A DNA stretch of 64,000 bases from Antedon mediterranea (lineage: Eukaryota; Animalia; Echinodermata), in contig NC_092673.1 of the NCBI RefSeq assembly GCF_964355755.1, positions 8,308,001 through 8,372,000 of the forward strand. The letters are read 5' to 3'. Made by a program: the position numbers and the translations under genes. Below, piece after piece: positions 1 to 10,772 of this stretch (positions are counted from its first letter, which is position 1; the number at the start of each line of letters is the position of its first letter). Below the pieces are notes generated by a model. It searched no databases and was not told where the DNA came from. It saw only the letters and a program-made list of their open reading frames with translations.

Positions 1-943
1 AATTTATGTTTAAATCGGATTTGTAGTTTTCTAGTAAACAGGATTTTAAAGCTGTTTTCAAGACATTTGAAAATCGCCATCTTGTGCTCATGGCAGCCTG
101 TTTGTGACGTCAGATACGGCCGACGAAAATTTTAAGATTCGCGGTTGCATTCAGCGCTTCTATTGGCTAAGCGAATCCGCTAATATGATTGGCTAATAAC
201 GCGACATGCGGTCATGCAGGACGGCGATGACACGGTATGAGCATGCGCTGGCTTGGTAAACAAACCTTCGATCGATCTTTTCTTCTGCAAGCCAATTCGT
301 AAATCTTTCAGCTATTGTTAATCTATTGTTACTTTTATTGCCTAGCTGTTTCAAACGGGATTTGGTAGGGGAATTAACTGGCAAACCTTCGAAACGGAGG
401 CTGTTGGTTGACGATGCAGTGTCTACTTTATTTTCGTTCAACACGAGTTCTAGGCCTAGTAAGGCATACAGTACAGATACACTGGCCGAATATACACCAT
501 TCTTCGACGGCTTGTTATGCTCGAGAATGTTCTTCTTTTCTTCTTTTTTCCTCATCAGCACGACGCAAAACTAACTCTCTTTCTGTATATTCTGGTTCCA
601 AATTTTTTGAATTATAAAAACTCCAAGCCATATTCCGAAAATATTAGGTATGTTAGGCTATTTAATTGATTTTATTTATGGTTATATCCCGCACTTCCAT
701 ATTGAAATACTGTACTAAGACGATGGGCGCTTGGATTTGCTTGAATGCGTCCACCTAATCTGACGTCACATAATTGCTCTTAACCTGTCAAAATGGCGCT
801 GTTCAATTTCCGATATTTTGTCGTTTAAAAGTCTATTTTTTAACTAAATTGCTTACTATTGTACCTTGAACCATTGTAATCATGTTTTTATTACATTTAT
901 CTATAAGCACAGTGGCACATTTAGCCCAGGGTGTTCCTTTCCT
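1..943. mobile_element. Kolobok-like non-autonomous DNA transposon, left end outside window
   Basis: Ends ...TTTCCT followed by TTAA (944-947); symmetric internal motifs TGTGACGTCAGAT (103-115) / ATCTGACGTCACA (758-770); decayed minus-strand Cys-rich ORF (LEPEYTERE...WCIFGQC...CIVN). Confidence 0.5.
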
Positions 944-1559
944 TTAAGCTGAGCGAATACTGTAATTGGCCTAAAACACTAGTATTTTAATTTAAATATT
1001 TGACTTACAATAAATCATCATTTTTTTAAAATATTAGGCTATTAATTGACCTAATTGTGCGACCACTTTGGCCTAGTTGATTTTAAAAGGATTTCAATAA
1101 TAAATCATTTGTTAACCAATCAAAATATAACACAATTTTAAAAGAAATTTTAAAGATAAACATCCAAAATTCTTCATAACTCAAAAGTTACATAATTACT
1201 ATAGTAATGATAAGCATACTGACCCTTTTTCTTTATTAACCTTTGAGTAATACGCACGAGCACGGATAGCTGAGTAAAATGAGAACGACTCAATCAGGTA
1301 ATTTGTTTCGCTTGTTCGCAAACTGAAATGGAAAAAAACATATACAGTAGATCAATAATTATGAAATAAAAAAGAGGGGAAAGCCCCACAGCTTCGTAGT
1401 ATCGACTAAATAGGAGGTGGATGTTTTTGGGAGGGCAATTATTGACCTCTCAAAGTAAGTCATGGGGTGTTAAATACACGTTGGGCTAGACGCAGGCACG
1501 TCCAGGCTGCCGCCCCCTTTCCCAACAACAGTACCATTGCAACCGCTACAGATGTCACC

Positions 1560-2730
1560 TATTGCACCGGTGCGGCCTGATATGCAGGCCTCTACTTCGC
1601 GCACACGTACCACATACAATAATAACAACAGATATACCTGGTCTGCACGAGACGGGACCGGAACATTTTACGCAAACTAAAGGAGTGGTAGACATCAAGG
1701 AGCATTCGCACACCACCGGTGACGCGTTTGGTGTACAGGTGGTGGTGGGTCGCCTAAGACGGTTCGTCTGAGTGTGTCGGAGGACAGGGTGGTTCTCTCC
1801 ACAATAAAAAACGCATCAAATTCACGAGCCCCCCGGTGACAAGATTACCACCAGAGTCACAAAAGAGGTGTGCACTCCTGGACGGCCTAACTCCTCTGCT
1901 GCAGAAAGGAGCAGCAGAACAAGTAGACTCACCGTCTCGGGACAAGAGTCGACCGACAAGCGTCTAAACAAGCGGATTCTCATCCATCCTACTGGGGCGA
2001 CGACGACAAGACTGGGCGGCCTCGATAGATCTGAAAGTTTCAGAATCCACGATCAACTGTACGAATAGTCGTCTTGCCGTTTGGTTTCTCGACGGCTCCT
2101 CGCCCTCGCAGGTTAACACGCATGAACGCTGACGTCGTTCTTTCACCAACCTAGCATAAGTGTGTTCATGTATCTCGACGATTGGTGCTGATGAGCAGTC
2201 TACAATACAGTACGTCCTTCTCGTTACAGAAAAGGCAGGATTCATTATAAATCGGGAAAAGCTGTGCCTGGTGTCGACTCAACCCCTGCTATACCACGGA
2301 GCACAGACAAATCTTGTGACGGGCTTGGTGTGTTCAACAACAATGCAATGAGTGCAGTACGCAATCTAATCACTGCTCGTGTTCTGACGGTTTATAAATG
2401 GCTCAGAGCATTAGGATGTCTAGCCAGCTTTGTCGCCTTACTGTAGTTCCTTATTGCCGGATGTGTATGAGATCAGTACAGCTTCATCTGCTTGCTCATT
2501 ACCGAACGCACTTCATTACTCAAAGTGGTCCCAATGAATGCCTTCATTCAAACGCATCTCGATTGGTAGAAAGTTGGTTGACTGTGGGAGTGTAAATTTA
2601 GAAATCAATTCCAGATTTCCGTATAGAGACGGCCGCCTACGAGATACTGTAGACTGGGGCGGTTGCTGTACGGAGGAGGAGGCGCGTGCCCACATCAACC
2701 TCCTAGAACTTTGGGCAGGACTTTAGAACC
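1560..2730 (+). mobile_element. DIRS-type retrotransposon remnant (RT and RNase H)
   Basis: Motifs across frameshifts: SIDLK (~2022), LPFGFSTAPR (~2075), VFMYLDDW (~2162-2185), GFIINREK, HINLLELWA (~2690-2717). Confidence 0.8.
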
Positions 2731-3777
2731 ACAACATGAGTCATCTGGAATTTTATTTTCTCTTTCTGCACGTTTTCTTTCTCTTTCATGCCATTTACAA
2801 TCACTCCAAGAGAGTTAGCTGGTTGGTTCTTATTCTAATTCTTTCTCTTTCTTCTAATACATTTATTGTAACTGAGGTACAGAGCAATGCCTAATAAATG
2901 AAATCTTCGCCTACACAATTGTACTGTAGGTTAAATAAATCAGTCAATGTATAATTTCTATATTATTGATGATTAAATAGATCAAAACATTGAATAATGA
3001 TTTCTCCTTTCATTATCATTAATCTTGCCAAAGTTAAACTGAACAAAAGTGTTATATTGATAAAAAGCTAAAATGTCTGTGTCACCATTTTGTAAATTAT
3101 TTAAATAATATCATCAGTAAATTAGAAATATCATTTTTTATTTTATTACTTTATCTTTATTCTGAAAATGTTCAACTTCTTGTACTGTATAATAACATCA
3201 CACTGTGAAACCATGGCAATCTACAGTTAAAAAATAAACTGCACATTTACAATCATTACAGGTACATGCTTGTAAGCAAACTGGGTGAAATAGACATGTG
3301 CATACCTTTACTTGAGGGCGTACATGTTGAATGATGCTTTTAAAAATCGGCAATAAATTGTACGTTTAAAAAAAGTCACAAAATTGATTGTGTCTTACTT
3401 ATTGCTAAACTGAGTCCTGAACTTTCAAGCTACTAAACATACCATCTGAAATAGTCAAATCGTAAGTTACAGTAAGGTGTGTTTTTCAACAAACTTGTCT
3501 GACACTAGGCCTCACAACGCTACGTTACCGTTTGATAGCGTACCTATCAACCGTATCCAAGGACGCTACCGGTATCCAAGCTGATTACGAAACACACAGT
3601 ACACACACCTGGGCCTATCTTTTTGATCTTTATTTTGATCTGATCTTTGATTTGATCTTCGTTTTGATCTTTGATTTGATCTCTGATTGATCTCGGACGA
3701 AAGTTTCACCTACACAATTGAGGCCGATAGCAAAAATAGACGACGCATACTAAGGGTCTACATTTTATTTGCTAAAT

Positions 3778-4180
3778 ATGCCGGACGAAACAAACGACAA
3801 GCAAAATGATTAACAAACAGGGACACTGGATGAGCAATCTAGTGCTACTAGTACAAATTGTAGCTTGGAAACCTGTAAAAAAAATAACGGAACACTAGTA
3901 AAATGCTCAAACTGCAGAAACTCATATCACCTTACATGTGTTGACCTAAAGAGGCGACCAAATCCAAAATGGGCATGTCAAAATTGCAAAAAGGATAAGT
4001 TTCATAGTAAAACAACTGAAAGAAAAAGTTGAGTCCTTACAGACAAATAAACAAAATTTCTACTGAAAACGATCATGTTAAGAAACGGCAAGCAAGTTTA
4101 GAAGATGAAAACAAAAAACTAAAGCAACAAATAAAAAGCTTAAACGTAAAGGTCAGCAGACTTGAGGGTGATCTTGAGAA
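3778..4180 (+). mobile_element. PHD finger plus coiled-coil ORF remnant, probably LINE (CR1/L2) ORF1 5' end
   Basis: CSLETC...KCSNCRNSYHLTCVD...WACQNC (C4HC3, ~3858-3987) followed by a heptad-rich stretch; intronless with stops; TTTGATCT repeats upstream at ~3620-3690. Confidence 0.6.
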
Positions 4181-4897
4181 ATGGTACATTATTTGTCAAT
4201 GCAAACAGAAGCTAACATCAGATACCATTGTGAGTACAGTAGGAGGATCAAAGTGACGAAACAGGTCAAAATTCTCAACAAAAATTGCAAATAAAACATT
4301 AAACTAATTATAATCTACATTCCTTCTAATTACTTAAACTTCAAAGGCTATAAAATGTAACAATTTTGTTTGGTTTTGTGACTCACTTTATATTGAATCA
4401 TATAATAGTTTACACATTTGCATTCACTGAATCTGACTGCATAATTAATGGTAAAGAATAAACTACAAAATGCAAAGTTACTGTACAGTACAGATACATA
4501 AAGTTACAGTAATGTCATTAATTGTTTGACTTTTAAACAACAAATTCTAATGAACATTGTTTTTAATACAAAGTAACTTATTGATTTATTAAGTAAGACA
4601 ACTAACCAACATTTTGTGGTGAGAAATATGTATTATTATTAAAAGGTAGAGTACTGTATAAAAATTATGATCTGAGAATATACCAAGCAAATAATTATAA
4701 TGCATGCCATATTTGGTATAATTAATACTAAACTGTATAAATTAGTAAACAAATAGACAATATTTATATTTTATACAGTCATAAGTGTTTGGTATGTATA
4801 ATACATTTTTTTAAACTTATCAATGCTCGGTTACTGTTGTTTAATATAGTATTAGTAGTGGATATTTAAGTGGTTTTTGACATAATTCAACTAAAAA

Positions 4898-7056
4898 CAG
4901 TGGGACAGCCAGTCGACAAATCGTGTCAAATTTCGACTCGGAGAGGGCGCCCTACTTTTCTAATTTAGTTCAAAATTGCTAAATTTTAGGGTGTTGGAAA
5001 AACACAATATTTGTAAATTTAGCTGATTATCGGAAAAATATTGTTAGTGAAATAAATTCATAAATAGTTTTAATATATTGTCATGTAAAATTAAATGTAT
5101 TTGAACAAAACGATAATCTGTAATTTAACGGCAAAATCAACCAATGTCTTTTTTCCGAAATTGTACCCTAGAAAATCGTTAAAATAAAATATTTAGAAAA
5201 ATTGAACAGTCCTGAATTTAAAATCCCTGTTAGAAAAATTAATAATCTACAGAATACGATATTAAGATACAAAATTCGGTGGTTGGGATGCAGCTCCGAC
5301 TGTTCAAACTAAAGGTACCACTATTTGTTCCATCGAAAACTAGCGAAACCGCCATTTTGTAAACACATCGTCATCGTGTTTATGAATTTATTTATAGCGA
5401 ACGATATACGCGATGTTTATAATTGTCCGGGTATAAGAATTCATATAAATAAATACATTCCAATACAACATATATTATTACTTGTTTATTTATCACAGTA
5501 TACATTTTAGTTGAGGAATATTTATCATAACTATTATAATAGCTTTTATACGAGTCCGAGGCCTAGCCCTATTAGCGAGCGATTGTTCCAGCGGCGGAAA
5601 GTCACTTAGTGACGTTGTGATCGGGCGCGTCGGGCCTAGCTAATATTAATAATATGACCTGAAATAAGCGGCTAACAAGAACTGTTATACTTGCTTACAA
5701 TTGTTTTGTTATTGATGAACAAACAAGCAATTAGATTGAATAACAAATTATTTATTCATTTTTTTGGGGTAAAAACATGTACAAACTAGTACTGTATAAT
5801 ATAAATTAATAGTAATATTAAACTATATGCAGTATTAATAAAATATAAAATAGGCCTAACATACAATAAATATTCAATTTTTAAGGTCTACCACATGACA
5901 ATAACATAATTTACAGAGTATAGTGTAGTAGGTTTGCATTCAACATAAATATTTGTATTGTAATTCATCTAAATCCTCTGCAACATACATATATTTGTAA
6001 TTCAACATTTTGTTTTAAATAATTAAATTATAGTTTGGGTATGACAATGTCGGTAGGTACCGGTGTCATATTTTTATCCACTTCACTCTCAGTTTGAAGT
6101 CACAAAGACAAAGAACTCTGCATCATCAACGATTCCTGAAAGTGTCAGAAAAAATAATAAATATTATTTAAATGTCTGGTTGTATATATAATTATAATAT
6201 TATATGATGACATAAAAGTAAGGCAAATGGAAGCTGTATTTTATTAATTAATATTACAGTATTTGCTATTATTATTTATATAATCTAGCCCTACTAGTAG
6301 CCTAGCTAGCTAGGCATCTAATAATTGAGCCTAATAAATCAAATAATAAATGAAAAATAAAATAATAATATTATTTTATACTGATTGAAAAAAAGTATTT
6401 TTTGGGAGGGATCAGATCACCAGGCTAGGCCGGCCAGGACCAATATGATACTCGTAATCAGTACAACTTAACGACTATCGGATCAGCATCAACACAGTAC
6501 AACACACGTCTCGCTATCGCCTATACTGACACACGTGTCTCGCGTTGCCGAAACCACGCTCACAGCTAGAAAATGTACCTACCTTTCGAGGCCTGAGAAT
6601 ACACCAACAAATTTTGAACAGGATAGAAATATATCATACTCGATTAAACTAATATTATTCTTGATAAAACAATTGATTATAATTTTTTTAATTTGTTGGG
6701 ATGCACCTCCGACTATTCAGAAAATGGACAACAAAACAGTAGTCAAATCGTACATTTATAAATTTCACGAGTCCCGACTTCAGTCGCCGAATGTATTGTA
6801 TTAGCTTTGGTTTCTTTGAAGGAAACCGATTGGTTATTCAATTATACTTATTAGGAAATGCTTTTACCATAATAGGTAATGTTGGGCGGTTCTTAAATAG
6901 TCATGAGAGCTTAAAATAAAACAGCACTTATTTGCTAGGCGACGAAAAATCGTGGTTTCAGTTTTCAACGATAGGTGGCGCTTCAAAATCGTCAATGCGG
7001 AAGTAAGTCGATTTTACACGATTTAACGGTCAAAACGCGAAGTGGCTTTCCCACTG
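4898..7056. mobile_element. TIR-bounded non-autonomous DNA transposon (~2.16 kb)
   Basis: Termini CAGTGGGACAGCC and GGCTTTCCCACTG (12/13 inverted match) plus a shared subterminal block AAATCGTGT..AAAT..CGACT; no transposase ORF; TSD ambiguous. Confidence 0.7.
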
Positions 7057-8420
7057 TAAAACAAGCATGAATGATGATATTGTACTACTACTAGCAAGAA
7101 GATGATTAGAGACTGGATAGTGAGAAAACCTGGCAATCAATGAAATCCCCAGGGACACATTAGCATTCATAATTATTCATGTACTTTCATGCATATTCAA
7201 TTCACACCTTTGCATTCTGTGTAAATCTGATAGTGATGCAGCAGACACATGAAAATAGATTTCTTTGCATTGCATATCAGTGAGTGAATCCTCCAACAAT
7301 ACAATAATAAAGGGTTACTGAATTGTAAATTTATATTTAGATACAGTACCCAAAATAAAACTGGAATTTTAATGAGACTGATTAATAGTTTACAGTACTG
7401 TACATTTTAAATATTATTAAATGCAAAAAAATATGTACGGTCAAGTAGTTTCAAGTAGATAGTTTAGCATAAATGATCAGTCTGAGGAGATGGTGCTTGT
7501 TCAACTGCAATTATGTAAATGAACAGTAGCTCTGTATTCTCAACATTCTTGCAGAGAGCTTATCAATATTTAGTATTAACAATTTTATAAGTTTGGTTGA
7601 AATCATCTCTTTCCTTTATGATAATGTACAGTAGGCATGTTCAATGCTTTCAGTCTTTCTTATAACTGGCTTCTCAATTCAGTGACAAAACTTGTTAGCT
7701 CTCTGCTGAACATTTTCCAAACGATTTAATAAAATTGTTATCCTTCCTGATATAGGAGATCCATGCACTTCCTCCACATTTCATCTTGAATCAAATCATT
7801 TTAGATGTACAGTATGGCTGGAGGAAATTATTTTATGACTACAGGTATGCCATTTTAATTTCACATTATAGTTATCAACTTTGACCAAAAATTAGAAGGG
7901 AAACAATTTATAAACCTGAAAAAACTGCAATACTGAACAATAGGCTCGAAGCTACATGCGTAAATATAGTACAGTACTGTAGCAGTCGGCTTCATGAAAA
8001 TGGTGGTCGGAAATTCCAAGTGTTGGACGGGGCCGACCATTGCCGACAGACATCCCATATCTTTACCTCATTATCATGTAATAATCATCAAACACCATTC
8101 ATCATCTTGACACTTTTATTGTAAAGTAAGGTTGCTAAAATCAAATGTCCCTGAAACATTGTGGTTTTTTTTTTCTTTAATTTCTTCTGAATCCTAACTG
8201 TTATATTTTTTTATTGTTGGAATGACATTATATTATCACACAAAATAGGGTACAGTATTGCTAAACATCGCAAACCTCGCACTAAGCCCAAAAAAAGACT
8301 GCGCAACGTTCCTTTAAACCACTTAATATTATATTAGATCACAATTAGAACTATATAAATAAGGTTTGCGCAGTTTTTAACTCCAGTATGCAGTCTCAAC
8401 AGAAAATTGTGCAAACTTAC

Positions 8421-8507
8421 TAATAATGGTAGTAAAGCTGTCCAATTTTGGATGCCACTTCTCCAATTTGCCATCGCTTTAATCCATAATGGGTATCCAG
8501 GGTAATC
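8421..8507 (-). CDS. SCAI: SCAI coding exon 3
   Basis: ITLDTHYGLKRWQIGEVASKIGQLYYHY; AG/GT boundaries; phase 2 joins exon 2. Confidence 0.95.
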
Positions 8508-8895
8508 CTAACGAGAAAAAAAAGGTTTTCTTATTTACATTCTTTTTGTTTAACTCTGTATCAGTATAACGGATGAGGCTATCAGTACCGTTACAGTAAA
8601 CTGAGTGTAATAAAAACTATCTGCATGGACTAAATAAATGTACTGTATGCATAAAATTGATTAATCTTAATCTATTTTATTGTTTTTACACTATATACAG
8701 TCATCTGTATCGATAGAAAACTTTACACTATAAACTAGACTCATGATCAATCGTGTCAATAGAAATATTAAATAACATGCACTCACAGGTTGACTGTAAA
8801 CAAGCCAGGCCTAAAACCAATTTCATTGGCCATTTGTGAAACAAACTGTGCCACATATTGTCAATAAAAATAACTTGTCCATAATCAATACAAAC

Positions 8896-8991
8896 CTATG
8901 TTGTTGTTGAAACTTCCACAATTTAGTGTACACATCAAATGTTCTGCAAAAGTATGACTGCCATTGTTTGTGCCCATACTGAGGAAGATCT
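8896..8991 (-). CDS. SCAI: SCAI coding exon 2
   Basis: DLPQYGHKQWQSYFCRTFDVYTKLWKFQQQHR, near-identical to vertebrate SCAI; AG/GT boundaries. Confidence 0.95.
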
Positions 8992-10772
8992 CTGAAACAA
9001 TTTAAAACAATGGAATTGATTACATTTTTAACACATCGGCTGTGTTGGTTTGACAGAATTTGTTTAATGCTAATTACTTTTTTAGATTGCAGGGTTAGCA
9101 ATCAAATTCGCATATTTTTCTGAGGACTCTTGGAAGATTCTGCCCTCAAACCTTTTAAAAGGTATTTGAACTATCATTTTGATATTTCTAAAGTTACTAA
9201 AAAGCAAATTGTTGTTTGTTGGTCCCGAGTTCCAAACTATCGATGACAATGTATTTCTTTCTTTACCTTTATTTTCCTTTTATTGACCATCCCTTTTTTC
9301 CGTTAAGTACGGAAAATATCTATACCAGACTAGCTTCACAAAGAACCAGTGATATTCTCGTTCTGGTATTTAGTATGGCGAGCATCGTAGATACGCTGTT
9401 AAATATCGGTTGCATTTGAAATCGATCGGATTTTATTTTGGTCACGCTAAATGTTATTATGAATATGTTCCTATTATATACCTTTGTGTTTTCATTTTAT
9501 TTTACAGGTTTCAAAGTAATAATGTACTTTTTGAAAATCATTAATAAAAAGTTTCTTATTTGGCAATTCTAAAAAGATTAGCACTGATTTAAAATTAGTT
9601 ACCAGAGCCTGCCTAATTACTTATTTTTAAACCACAATTACGAATCTTCCTATGATGTCTACAAGTGGATACCACCAGCTCATATATTGCTTTATAGTAG
9701 TTTTTTTAAGATAATAAATATTTGAATATAAATGAGTGGGCACCTCCCGTATGCGGCCACCTCCCTTATTAATGGCTGCACTTAGTTAGTTATTATTCAA
9801 TATCCTTTATTAAAATACATAAAAAAATAAACAATGGCCACTTAATTAATAATAATTCGTTAAATACAAGGACTGATGTACCAAACGGCGGTAACTGTGC
9901 ACCAGTTTGCGGTACCCAATTTACGGTAATGCTCTCAATTGATACGCCGCTCGAGTTTGGTCACGTGACTGAAAATGTTCAACTTTTAAATGTAAACATG
10001 ATCGTACAGTTAGTGTTTAAAAGCATAAATAAAAATGCAAACAATTCATATTTAATAGTAATTATTTTTTATTAATGTTTACATGTACATATTTAATGCG
10101 ACAATAATGAAAAAATATTAATTAAAAACCAACCTATCGCTAATTGGATCAGGCCACAAGGCTGGTCCAATTAGCGCCTTTTTTCTTCTTCATCCCATAA
10201 TAGTAAGACAATCGTACAATGGACTAGTCCATGAGGTATTTTATTTATTGAGGTGTACTAAATTGTGAAATGCAGTTTGTAGGCATGGAATAATTTCGCC
10301 AGTGTAGCATAGCAAAAAGCTATACAAAACAACCTTTTTGCTACACATTTCTACAATTGTGTAGCAAAAAATACAATACAAAACTATGTTTCTTGACTAA
10401 AAAATCAGTCTGATTAGCAATTTTGCTAAACAAAATTTTCAAATGAAATTTTTCCCTGGTAGGTACTGTATATCACGTCACCATGTGACTTACCATACCT
10501 ACATGAAAGTGGAGGGTACCCCTTTCTTCAGTTCACGTTGAAGACATGAAATTTTCAACATGGGGGTCAAGAGGTCATTCATTGTTTTGATGGCTAGCGA
10601 TGAAATAGCTTAGGAATTATAAAATAAACGATTGTAACTTTGAAAGAATATATTGAAGGTACTAATAACATAAAAAATAAATAATAGTTGTGAATAAATA
10701 ATAAATTAGCCTACTACATTAATTAATAAATGAATTAACCGCTAATTGGGACAAACTGCTAGGCCTAATTAT

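Noticed and set aside
4896-4930. RAG/Transib recombination signal (CACAGTG heptamer)
   Set aside because: Ends read AACAGTG and TACAGTG, there is no 5-bp TSD and no RAG1/Transib coding remnant; kept only as an asymmetric-TIR observation.
7480-7860. Possible very old LINE RT fragment on the minus strand
   Set aside because: Too degraded to recover diagnostic motifs.
1-8420. Further SCAI exons (expected YLRTSE...)
   Set aside because: No matching minus-strand exon found by eye; presumably left of the window.
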